32,000 nt of DNA from Planctomycetales bacterium (GTDB lineage Bacteria > 4484-113 > JAFGCY01), in contig CP060262.1 of assembly GCA_022646745.1 (NCBI GenBank), forward strand, positions 2,310,001 through 2,342,000, given 5' to 3'. The first letter of the stretch is position 1, and each line of letters starts with the position of its first letter. A model generated the notes under the pieces. The model did not search any database and was not told where the DNA came from. It was given only the letters and a program-made list of their open reading frames with translations. Shown here one piece after another: positions 9,801 through 17,261 of this stretch. Both the position numbers and the translations under genes were made by a program.

Positions 9801-10214
9801 GAAGCCGTGGAGCTGGACCTGGTGCTGAACCACATCATCGGCGTATCCGTGGCGGTGATCAATGGCAACCCGATGCTCGTGCATTACACACAGGACGGCC
9901 TGGTATTCCGCGCCGCGCTCGACGGCAAGGGCGAAGCCTGGGAGGACGCGGTGCTGATCAGCAGCGACAAGTACACCAACTCCTCCTTCTCCTACGAGCA
10001 GATGCGCATCGCAGAGCTGGACGGCAAGCCGGTGGTGCTCGCCAATGACATGGGCATCTGGTACGCGGACGATGCGGAGGGAAAAAGCTGGAGCGGCCCG
10101 GAGACCCTGCCGGATGACTGGCGGGCGGACACCTTCGACCTGCTGGTGCTCAACGGCGGCCCGGTGATCGCCTTTCAGGACAACGCACTGTACTACGCCG
10201 TCAAGCTGCCCTGA
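6843..10214 (+). CDS. Surface lipoprotein, paralog 2 of 4 (same architecture)
   Basis: 1123-aa ORF. Lipobox LLLTAC (Cys27). EF-hand loops GDYDMNGVVNAADLTPLAQRW and IDGDGNGELNLADVTPIASHW. PPPPPP hinge. Five PKD repeats. Propeller strands VDGQPAVAY, IGGRPALSW, VDGQPALSW, VAGKPVIAY, INGNPMLVH, LDGKPVVLA, LNGGPVIAF. Confidence 0.88.
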   Translation: MGPGRTGRAAIAACCALCCASLLLTACAGRSGDGQLDPATAEAAIPLPPSETVELQLLEDTLAAELERLGVDPDRSGSQAPSGAANAVFDLSASYRDIREGAVLQWTERLLGDYDMNGVVNAADLTPLAQRWKFSVDYRDETEAGVSWWPEGNPGNGGIAGILSGSPGFGTPAHQWRSARIDGDGNGELNLADVTPIASHWQDSIDSWRVYRRGPQEGEFTLLEETEGCGYSLLRSAMYPAGKSAPDNGWAFRLLFAELGAAQGEYSYFVAAYDTASGTEGPQSNIVNLNFDPLAEPPPPPPGNAAPEATFGMDAFSGDAPLEVNFDAAASTDSDGRIVLYLWDWDGDGVNDQGSGQAVQALHIYGQPGYYLPRLTVWDDAGASSTVVADKGISVSQMGIPPPQLALAAGPLEGRRPLPVGFSPVYHVSAGEEGLQFSWDFDGDGQQDSDEAVESGEILPYTYWEPGSYRARLTITDANELSAAGFVDVRVTDNANPQASLSVTPAEVEPGLQFTLEASGSTDPDGDELAYFWDLDGDGEYEESGGTAPTFKYSFSEPGVHELGVLVSDSAGATDAATASVTVTGESNLPPIAVASASPAVYGAPADITLSAVGSDDPEGELIELFRWDLDGDGVFEVETDKRTHMVHVTQVGEYSARLMVEDEQGLTGIADTSYSVIPNAAPEAFLTGSPDDGQMPLFVQFDASQSSDPDGNSLQFAWDFNYLPGQQQFVAGEATASHIYESGGSHVCRVRVSDGLGGVSHADFGVETQGSGWNIYKLDDAATSGWRTRLELELVDGQPAVAYHADNTGFGNQDDVRFIRALDGLGTQWGKPLLVEDGTHPGLGGRGISMSLIGGRPALSWVRGSGNIVYCHASIGDGSSWFTPVSVSNASGVPRGAGLAMVDGQPALSWVDSGNTLHYCRALDPAGFSWPTAQDLELLGNFGYTHTPELAVVAGKPVIAYVDDQFIDGSVRWKPALDSEGTSWDEAVELDLVLNHIIGVSVAVINGNPMLVHYTQDGLVFRAALDGKGEAWEDAVLISSDKYTNSSFSYEQMRIAELDGKPVVLANDMGIWYADDAEGKSWSGPETLPDDWRADTFDLLVLNGGPVIAFQDNALYYAVKLP
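7158..7445 (+). other. Split dockerin-like module of paralog 2 (aa 106-201)
   Basis: Same two EF-hand loops and the same conserved insert as paralog 1. Confidence 0.55.
7758..9152 (+). other. Five PKD domains of paralog 2 (aa 306-770)
   Basis: APLEVNFDAAASTDSDGRIVLYLWDWDGDG, LQFSWDFDGDG, STDPDGDELAYFWDLDGDG, FRWDLDGDG, SSDPDGNSLQFAWDF. Confidence 0.8.
9156..10211 (+). other. Asp-box beta-propeller of paralog 2 (aa 772-1123)
   Basis: Seven GxPA-type strands and Asp-box-like turns (LDGLGTQW, IGDGSSW, LDPAGFSW, LDSEGTSW, LDGKGEAW, DAEGKSW). Confidence 0.65.
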
Positions 10215-10260
10215 GTAAAGTGTTGAAGCCTGTTCCCCCAGCTTGCGAAGCAAGTGTTCC

Positions 10261-10294
10261 TTTACAGCCTCCCGTGAAAGGTTAGAATGTCTGC
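10261..10294 (+). promoter_or_regulatory. Putative promoter of paralog 3, leaderless geometry
   Basis: TTTACA (10261-10266), 16-nt spacer, TAGAAT (10283-10288), 6 nt, ATG at 10295. Confidence 0.45.
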
Positions 10295-13200
10295 ATGGCG
10301 TGGGAATGCCTTACAGGGCGGGGATTGACGGTGCTGCTCCGGACGGGGCTCGTGCTGTGCCTGCTCGCACTGGCATCCTGTGGTGGGCAGGTCGATAAGT
10401 CCAGCGTCAGCATGGCATCCTCGGGGCCTGTGGATCAGGCCGCTGCGCCGGTCAGCATCCCCGACAGCGAGCGCTTCCCGCCTCCCGCTTCAGATACTCC
10501 AACACATGAAGATCTGCAGGCCATGCTGGACAGCGAACTCGCGCGGCTCGGCAGGGACGAACGGACGACTTCACAGGCACCGCTCGGGAATGACAATGCA
10601 GTGTTCGACCTGAAGGTCAGCTACTTCGACCTGCGCCAGGGGGCAGTGCTGCACTGGACCGAGCGCCATCTCGGCGACTACGACATGAACGGCCTCGTGA
10701 ATGCCTCGGATCTCACTCCACTGGCCCAGCGCTGGAAGTACACCGTGGACTACCGCGATGCTTCTGAGGCCGGTGTGCCATGGTGGCCAGTTGGCAATCC
10801 GCGCGACGGCGGCTTCAGCGGTGTGCTGGACGGCAAGCCGGGATTCAATACCCCGGCGGACCAGTGGCGCACCGCCCGCATCGATGGCGATGGCAACGGT
10901 GAGGTGAACCTCGGCGACATAACGCCGATCGCCAGCCACTGGCAGCAGAACCTGGACAGCTGGCGTGTCTACCGCAGGGCCCCGGGGGAGGAGGAATTCA
11001 GCCTGCTGCTGCCGGACCCCGGGCTTGATTACACAATCGCGCGCTCGGCGAACTTCCCGCTGGAGCAGACTGGCCCTGACAGGAACTGGGCCTATCGCAT
11101 GCACTTCGCCGACCTCAACATCAGCGCCGGCAGCTTTGAGTATTACATCGCGCCGTATGACAGCCTCAGCGGCACGGAGGGCAGCCCTTCGCCCGTTGCC
11201 AGCATCGAATTCGTGAATGACCCTGAGCTGCCAGAGCCGGAGATCCCCGGCAACAAGCCGCCGGTGGCAAGCTTCATGGCCAGCCCGCGCACAGGCGACC
11301 TGCCGCTCACCGTGAACTTCGATGCGACTGCCAGCCACGACCCGGACGGGGAGATCGTGCTCTACCTGTGGGACTGGGAAGGTGACGGCGTGGTGGACCA
11401 GAGCGGCAACAACGTACCGGTCGTCAGCCATGTCTACACTGAGCCGGGCTACTGGAAACCACGCCTGACGATCTGGGACGACCTCGGCTCCAGCGCCACG
11501 CTGTATGCCAACATCAACCTTGAGATCAGCGAGGATGGCTGGCTGCCGCCGAAGATGACCCTGCGGGTGGAACCGAAAACAGGCAAGCGCCCACTGTCCC
11601 TGTTGTTCCTGCCAATCATTGACGCGCCGAATGGCATCGGCGGCTTGCTGTATGAGTGGGACTTCGACGGTGACGGGACGGTTGACAGCAATGCAACCAC
11701 CATCCTCAATCCAAATCCCTGGGAGAAGCCCGGGCTGGAATATGTCTATCAGGAGTCAGGAGTATTCCACCCCGTGCTGCGGATCACTGACAACAAGGGG
11801 CTGAGCACCTTTGCGATCGGGGATGTGGAGGTGCTGCCGAATGCAGACCCGGTTGCCAGCCTTGCGGTGTTCCCGGACAGCGGGGATGCCGAGCTGCGGG
11901 TCTCGCTGGATGCAGGCGAGAGTTATGACCCGGACGGGGATGAGCTGAAATTCTCCTGGGATTACCGCGGCACGGGCAAATTCTTCAGTACCGGCAACCG
12001 GGCCAAGGAGGAACACCGGTATCCGACCGGCACATATGAACTGGTGCTGCGGGTGCAGGATCCACATGGCGCATACAGTGAGGTGCAGCACACCATCACC
12101 GTCGGCGAACTGGCGCAGCCGACGGCAGTGATCACGGTCAGCCATCCGAAAATCCCGGTTGGCAGGCTGGTCTCCATCAGTGGCCGCGATAGCCTGGACC
12201 CGAACAACAGCATCCGCTATTGGCGCTGGGACATAGACGGGGATGGTGAATTCGATCCTGAGTTCGAAGGTAATTCAAACCTGCAACTTACCTTCGAGGA
12301 TCCCGGCGTGCGGCATATCACGCTTGAGATTGAGACTGCTGCTGGCTCCAAGTCACAGGCCACATACGACCTGGATGTGTATGTCAACCAGCGTCCGGTT
12401 GCCATCCTGACCGCCAGCCCGGACAGCGGGGAGTTGCCCCTGTCTGTCAAGTTTGATGCCAGCCAGTCCTATGATCCGGATGGCGGAAAGCTGGTGTACT
12501 ACTGGTGGCCTGATTATTACAGGACCCAGGATGCATTCAGGATCGATAGAACCTCAATGGAAGCGGAGTTTAACAATCCCGGGAAACATTTCTGGGGCCT
12601 GTACGTTATTGATGAATGGGGCCTTGAGTCGGATGTTTCTCTGGCGGAAGTGCAGGTTAACGGGCCAGGCTGGCAGCTCGTGAATATCAACGGCAAATCA
12701 AGGTATGAGAGCGCTGGAGGTCTGGTTGAATACCAGGGCAGGCCAGTTGTTTCCTTGAAGGCAGCACATCAGGCTTATGATGATCTCGTTTTGAGAACAG
12801 CCGTTGATCCATTTGGCCTATCCTGGAATGAACCGGTCGTCATCGATGAAATGGATGGTCCAGGCACAGGTTGTTACAGTTCCACGCTGGAAATTGTCAA
12901 CGGTACACCGACACTCGTATGGAGCACAGGTCCGGAGATGTTATGCAGCCAGCCGCTGGAAAGTTCTGATGACCTGTCGGTCTGGCGTGACCCATCGCTG
13001 ATTCAGTCAAACTGGAGTAATTACTATTCACTTGCAGACATGGATGGCCGGCCAGCCGTTTTGGCGACTTTTGACAACATCGGTTTTTCGTATGTACGTA
13101 GCGACGATATCAGTGGCCTTAACTGGTCAGTCTGGCAATCGCCACCTGTCTGGGAGTCCTGGCGTGCAATTGACCTGCTGTCGGTTCAGGGCCACCCGGC

Positions 13201-13708
13201 GTACTTCAATGTCCGAAAGCTTGGCAATGCCAGCTATGCGGTGACTTACTTCAACGCGGATGATGCGGATGGCAGCAGCTGGCAGCCTGCCGTGGAGCTG
13301 GCAATCGAGAAGCATCATGAGCCGAAGCTGGCCGGAGCGGTTATCGACGGCCGTCCGGCCGTGGCATATTCCGTCCGTGAGCCATTCGAAGGAATCCGCT
13401 ACTTGATCGCACTCGATGAATCCGGCAATAGCTGGTCTGAACCGGTTTTCCTGGACAGCAGCGGCGCGGACGACATATATGGCCTGTGGGACCTGGTCCA
13501 GCTCGCTGTTGTTGATGGAAGGCCGGTGGTGATGAACGGGATCGGGGACATGTGGCTGGCGGAGGATCCGCTGGGTGAGACCTGGGGAGAGAAGATTGAT
13601 TTCCCGCGGGATGATTTCATACTATTCACTGATCTTACGGACATCGGCGGCCACCCTGCTGTATTGGTTCAAGCAGCCTCGCTGCACTACGCCATCTACC
13701 TCCCCTGA
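10295..13708 (+). CDS. Surface lipoprotein, paralog 3 of 4 (same architecture; 3-prime two thirds lower GC)
   Basis: 1137-aa ORF. Lipobox LALASC (Cys29). EF-hand loops GDYDMNGLVNASDLTPLAQRW and IDGDGNGEVNLGDITPIASHW. Five PKD repeats. Propeller strands YQGRPVVSL, VNGTPTLVW, MDGRPAVLA, VQGHPAYFN, IDGRPAVAY, VDGRPVVMN, IGGHPAVLV. Confidence 0.88.
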   Translation: MAWECLTGRGLTVLLRTGLVLCLLALASCGGQVDKSSVSMASSGPVDQAAAPVSIPDSERFPPPASDTPTHEDLQAMLDSELARLGRDERTTSQAPLGNDNAVFDLKVSYFDLRQGAVLHWTERHLGDYDMNGLVNASDLTPLAQRWKYTVDYRDASEAGVPWWPVGNPRDGGFSGVLDGKPGFNTPADQWRTARIDGDGNGEVNLGDITPIASHWQQNLDSWRVYRRAPGEEEFSLLLPDPGLDYTIARSANFPLEQTGPDRNWAYRMHFADLNISAGSFEYYIAPYDSLSGTEGSPSPVASIEFVNDPELPEPEIPGNKPPVASFMASPRTGDLPLTVNFDATASHDPDGEIVLYLWDWEGDGVVDQSGNNVPVVSHVYTEPGYWKPRLTIWDDLGSSATLYANINLEISEDGWLPPKMTLRVEPKTGKRPLSLLFLPIIDAPNGIGGLLYEWDFDGDGTVDSNATTILNPNPWEKPGLEYVYQESGVFHPVLRITDNKGLSTFAIGDVEVLPNADPVASLAVFPDSGDAELRVSLDAGESYDPDGDELKFSWDYRGTGKFFSTGNRAKEEHRYPTGTYELVLRVQDPHGAYSEVQHTITVGELAQPTAVITVSHPKIPVGRLVSISGRDSLDPNNSIRYWRWDIDGDGEFDPEFEGNSNLQLTFEDPGVRHITLEIETAAGSKSQATYDLDVYVNQRPVAILTASPDSGELPLSVKFDASQSYDPDGGKLVYYWWPDYYRTQDAFRIDRTSMEAEFNNPGKHFWGLYVIDEWGLESDVSLAEVQVNGPGWQLVNINGKSRYESAGGLVEYQGRPVVSLKAAHQAYDDLVLRTAVDPFGLSWNEPVVIDEMDGPGTGCYSSTLEIVNGTPTLVWSTGPEMLCSQPLESSDDLSVWRDPSLIQSNWSNYYSLADMDGRPAVLATFDNIGFSYVRSDDISGLNWSVWQSPPVWESWRAIDLLSVQGHPAYFNVRKLGNASYAVTYFNADDADGSSWQPAVELAIEKHHEPKLAGAVIDGRPAVAYSVREPFEGIRYLIALDESGNSWSEPVFLDSSGADDIYGLWDLVQLAVVDGRPVVMNGIGDMWLAEDPLGETWGEKIDFPRDDFILFTDLTDIGGHPAVLVQAASLHYAIYLP
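10652..10942 (+). other. Split dockerin-like module of paralog 3 (aa 120-216)
   Basis: Same loops and insert. Very close to paralog 4 at the nucleotide level. Confidence 0.55.
11258..12661 (+). other. Five PKD domains of paralog 3 (aa 322-789)
   Basis: LPLTVNFDATASHDPDGEIVLYLWDWEGDG, LLYEWDFDGDG, SYDPDGDELKFSWDY, RYWRWDIDGDG, SYDPDGGKLVYYWW. Confidence 0.8.
12665..13705 (+). other. Asp-box beta-propeller of paralog 3 (aa 791-1137)
   Basis: Asp-box-like turns VDPFGLSW, SDDLSVW, DDISGLNW, DDADGSSW, LDESGNSW, EDPLGETW alternate with GxPA strands. Confidence 0.6.
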
Positions 13709-13711
13709 CGT

Positions 13712-13748
13712 CTGACACCGAATCCCCGAATTCTGGTATATTCCATTC
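13712..13748 (+). promoter_or_regulatory. Putative promoter of paralog 4, extended -10 and leaderless geometry
   Basis: TGgTATATT (TG at 13734-13735, hexamer 13737-13742), 6 nt, ATG at 13749. Only a poor -35 (CTGACA 13712-13717, 19-nt spacer). The CCCGAATT-CTG-TA core is shared with the paralog 1 promoter. Confidence 0.4.
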
Positions 13749-16700
13749 ATGGCTATAACCGGCGGCCATAACTGGGGAAAGTTTCCGGCTTATCTGTTTG
13801 CGGTACTGTTGCCTGTTGCAATTGCTGCCTGCGGTGGCTCGCGCGATGCAGGCATGAACCAGCCAGCAGCCGATCCTGCTTTGGGAGTACCTCCCGACAG
13901 CGAACTTTTCCCTCCACCTGCTGTCGACACTCCATCGCTAGAGGACCTGCAGGCCATGCTAGACAGCGAACTGGTACGGCTTGGCAAGGACGAACGGACG
14001 ACCTCACAGGCACCTCTTGGGAATGAAAATGCGGTGTTCGACCTGAAGGTCAGCTTCTATGACCTGCAGCAGGGGGCGGTTCTGAGCTGGACTGAGCGGC
14101 ATGTCGGCGACTATGACATGAACGGTCTGGTGAACGCTTCCGACCTGACCCCGCTGGCCCAGCGCTGGAAGTACACCATTGACTACCTGCCGGAAACGGA
14201 ATCCGGCGTGCCCTGGTGGCCGGATGGAAACCCGCGCGATGGAGGCCTGAGTGGCGTCATCAATGGCAAGCCGGGTTTCAACACCCCGGCTGACCAGTGG
14301 CGCACCGCACGTGTTGATGGCGATGGCAATGGAGAGATCAACCTGGCGGATGTGACCCCGATAGCCCTGCACTGGCAGCAGAATCTGGACAGCTGGCGCG
14401 TTTACCGCAGGGCACCCGGAGAGGAGGGCTTCACCCTGCTGCAGCCTGAACCCGGCCTTGGCTACAGCCTGCCGCGTTCAGCGCAGTTCCCGCAGGGGCA
14501 GGGCGGTCCTGACAACAACTGGGTCTACCGCATGCTGTTCCCGGACCTGGATGTCGGGCCGGGCAATTATCATTACTACGTCGCTCCATTTGATTCCACG
14601 ACCGGCACGGAGGGCGCAACTTCCCCTGTGGTGCAGATTGAGTTTCCCGTTGTCAATGAACCGCCGCCTCCTCCACCGGGAAATGAGCCACCGGAGGTCG
14701 TACTCAACGCGGATACTGCAATCGGCAATGTCCCGACAACCGTCAACTTTGATGCCACTGGCAGCTTTGACCCGGATGGGCAGATCACGCTTTACCTGTG
14801 GGACTGGGAGGGTGACGGAGTTGCTGACTTCTCCAGCAGCAATGCCCCGCAGGCCAGCCATGAATACACACGCTACGGCCGCTACAAGCCGCGCCTGACC
14901 GTCTGGGATGACAACGGTGCCAGCGCCTCCGCGCAGCTGGAGGTGTACATCACCCTGTTTGTGAATGGCAGGGAGCCGGCGGACATAGACCTGCAGGCTG
15001 ACGTGGTGGAAGGCAGGCGTCCCCTGCAGGTGCATTTCACAGCTGAAATGGACCTCAAGGGAAACAACCAGAATGACTACATCTTCGAATGGGACCTGAA
15101 CGGTGATGGCGAGCGTGATTCGAAGAACAAGCCATTGCCAGACGGTGTGCACTACACCTATGAACATGCGGGCAGTTACACGGCCCGGCTGTCCGCCGGT
15201 GATGGCTATGGCCTGTATTCCGAGTCATACCTTGCCATCAAAGTCCTGCCGAACACTGATCCTCTGGCAGTCATTGAATCGGATGTGACTGGCGGTGGTG
15301 TGCCATTGACCGTCAACTTCTCAGCAGCCGGCAGCTCCGACCCTGATGGCGACGCCCTGAGCTATGCCTGGGACATGGACGGAGATGGAGAGTTCGAGCT
15401 CGATACAGGCAGTGACCCCACAGCCTTGCATGAGTTTGTATTCATTGGTGAGTATCAACCTGCCGTGCGTGTCACGGATGAATACGGCGCGGTCGCGGTG
15501 AACAGCCTGGCGATCAGTGTCTCGACACCTGTAAACCAGGATCCAGTGGCATTCATCAGTGCCGATCCGCCAACCTGGTCCGCTCCGAAGACCGTTACTT
15601 TCAGCGGTGAGGGCAGTTATGACCCGGATACCGGGTCCGGGGTGAACCTCGTCTACAGTTTTGATTTTGACAATGACGGCATATTCGACCAGTCGTCCAT
15701 CAACAAGGAAGCAAGCTGGTACTTCGAGCAGCCGGGAACCTACCCCGTCAAGCTAGTGGTCGAGGACTACCAGGGTGGTGCTGGGGAAGCAGCATATCAA
15801 TTGGTTCTCACGGAGAACAGTCCGCCGGATATCGTGATGACCGCCTCTGTCACGGAGGGCAGCTTCCCGCTGCAGGTGGACTTTGACTGCAGCCAGAGCA
15901 CAGACCCGGAAGGCGATGATTTCCAGCTTGAATGGGACTTTGATTACTACAGCCCCGGCAATTTCGTGGAAGGAGGATTGACTGGCAGCCACGTTTACGA
16001 GACAGGTGGCTACCATCGCTGCCGGGTCAGGGCGACGGATTACTGGGGCCAGTCCTCCGAGGAGGAGATTGAGATCAGCTGCACCGGCAGCGGATGGTAC
16101 CTCAGTTTCGTTGACGATGCCAAAGTGCCTTACCAGGGCGAATCAGTTGACCTGGAAGTGATCAACGGCAAGCCGGCGATCTGCTACGGACAGCGTGGCG
16201 GTAATCCGCTGACAGCCTCTGTCAGGTACTGCAGTGCGATCGACGTTCACGGCCTGCGCTGGCGCAGCCCTCGCATGGTCAGCGACCTGGGAGAGGGAGT
16301 TGGCAGTGCGGTGTCACTGATTGACGACAATGGCCTGGCGCGAATTTCATGGCAGGACGCTTACGATGGGATCTTCACCTGCCGGGCACTTGATCCGCAG
16401 GGGCTGGCCTGGGGCAGCATCCGCCAGTTTCTTGACTATTTTCTTGAATATCCGCAGGGTACATCCCTGTCCATCGTGAATGGCAATCCAGCGCTGGCAT
16501 TCGTCACGGATGCAGAGCAGCTGGCATTTGTCAGGGCCAATGATTCCAACGGAGTTTCCTGGGCTGACCACATTCAGCTCGGGACCATCAGCAAGAATTT
16601 TGTTGACAACCACCAGATGCGCCTGCTTTCACTGGGAGGACTGCCATGCCTTGGGTTCATTGGCGACAGTGGTAGTTCGTCAACCGTATTATGGAGGAAA

Positions 16701-17138
16701 GCGAGTGATGCCAATGGAGCATCCTGGCAGAACAGCAAGGTTGTCGGACAAGCTGCCTCAGGAGTCCGTGGCCTGGGCATGGTGATAATCGATGGCAATC
16801 CCCTGCTTGCGTACTACTCTGATGTCGGGCTGGTGTGCCAGATCTCCCTGGACGATGGTGAAACATGGGAGCTGCCGGCAGTCGTGACGGATGTGCTGGC
16901 AGAGAGTGGCAGCAGGCCTTCCGAAGTCTGCATGATTGACTATGGCGGCGTGCCTGCCCTGCTGGACCAGTACATGCAGTTATGGGTCGCCGGAGATACC
17001 TATGGCGTGGGCTGGTCAGGCCCTGAAGCCATCCCGACCGTTGAGCCGGCTGACGCATTCGACCTCTGCATCGTGGATGGGAACCCTGCGGTTGCATTCC
17101 AGCAGGACAAATTGTTCTTTGCGATCAAGCTCCCCTGA
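13749..17138 (+). CDS. Surface lipoprotein, paralog 4 of 4 (same architecture; distal part lower GC)
   Basis: 1129-aa ORF. Lipobox AIAAC (Cys28). EF-hand loops GDYDMNGLVNASDLTPLAQRW and VDGDGNGEINLADVTPIALHW. PPPPPP hinge. Five PKD repeats. Propeller strands INGKPAICY, VNGNPALAF, IDGNPLLAY, YGGVPALLD, VDGNPAVAF. Confidence 0.88.
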   Translation: MAITGGHNWGKFPAYLFAVLLPVAIAACGGSRDAGMNQPAADPALGVPPDSELFPPPAVDTPSLEDLQAMLDSELVRLGKDERTTSQAPLGNENAVFDLKVSFYDLQQGAVLSWTERHVGDYDMNGLVNASDLTPLAQRWKYTIDYLPETESGVPWWPDGNPRDGGLSGVINGKPGFNTPADQWRTARVDGDGNGEINLADVTPIALHWQQNLDSWRVYRRAPGEEGFTLLQPEPGLGYSLPRSAQFPQGQGGPDNNWVYRMLFPDLDVGPGNYHYYVAPFDSTTGTEGATSPVVQIEFPVVNEPPPPPPGNEPPEVVLNADTAIGNVPTTVNFDATGSFDPDGQITLYLWDWEGDGVADFSSSNAPQASHEYTRYGRYKPRLTVWDDNGASASAQLEVYITLFVNGREPADIDLQADVVEGRRPLQVHFTAEMDLKGNNQNDYIFEWDLNGDGERDSKNKPLPDGVHYTYEHAGSYTARLSAGDGYGLYSESYLAIKVLPNTDPLAVIESDVTGGGVPLTVNFSAAGSSDPDGDALSYAWDMDGDGEFELDTGSDPTALHEFVFIGEYQPAVRVTDEYGAVAVNSLAISVSTPVNQDPVAFISADPPTWSAPKTVTFSGEGSYDPDTGSGVNLVYSFDFDNDGIFDQSSINKEASWYFEQPGTYPVKLVVEDYQGGAGEAAYQLVLTENSPPDIVMTASVTEGSFPLQVDFDCSQSTDPEGDDFQLEWDFDYYSPGNFVEGGLTGSHVYETGGYHRCRVRATDYWGQSSEEEIEISCTGSGWYLSFVDDAKVPYQGESVDLEVINGKPAICYGQRGGNPLTASVRYCSAIDVHGLRWRSPRMVSDLGEGVGSAVSLIDDNGLARISWQDAYDGIFTCRALDPQGLAWGSIRQFLDYFLEYPQGTSLSIVNGNPALAFVTDAEQLAFVRANDSNGVSWADHIQLGTISKNFVDNHQMRLLSLGGLPCLGFIGDSGSSSTVLWRKASDANGASWQNSKVVGQAASGVRGLGMVIIDGNPLLAYYSDVGLVCQISLDDGETWELPAVVTDVLAESGSRPSEVCMIDYGGVPALLDQYMQLWVAGDTYGVGWSGPEAIPTVEPADAFDLCIVDGNPAVAFQQDKLFFAIKLP
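14088..14378 (+). other. Split dockerin-like module of paralog 4 (aa 114-210)
   Basis: Same loops and insert as the other three paralogs. Confidence 0.55.
14685..16085 (+). other. Five PKD domains of paralog 4 (aa 313-779)
   Basis: VPTTVNFDATGSFDPDGQITLYLWDWEGDG, YIFEWDLNGDG, SSDPDGDALSYAWDMDGDG, SYDPDTGSGVNLVYSFDFDNDG, STDPEGDDFQLEWDF. Confidence 0.8.
16089..17135 (+). other. Asp-box beta-propeller of paralog 4 (aa 781-1129)
   Basis: Asp-box-like turns IDVHGLRW, LDPQGLAW, NDSNGVSW, SDANGASW, LDDGETW, DTYGVGW alternate with GxPA strands. Confidence 0.6.
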
Positions 17139-17261
17139 TTCCTGTTCTCCCCCGCGTTACATTCACGCCTCTCCAACTGTCGCCCTATACATCGCCGCAG
17201 CCTGCCTGCATCGGCCGCGCGCGAGCTAAACTAGGGAATCTGTTTCCAGGAGTTCTGACAC

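Noticed and set aside
3383-17138. Whether the 3.45-kb periodicity could reflect a CRISPR-like or satellite repeat, or a diversity-generating retroelement target set.
   Set aside because: The repeats are whole protein-coding paralogs with diverged sequence, not short identical repeats with spacers. No reverse transcriptase gene or template/variable repeat pair with adenine-specific differences is visible in the window.
3383-17138. Classical cellulosome components (because of the dockerin-like modules).
   Set aside because: No glycoside hydrolase, carbohydrate esterase or CBM signatures were seen. The module is N-terminal and lipobox-linked, and the organism is diderm (bamA, lpxD). At most this is a non-cellulosomal use of the fold.
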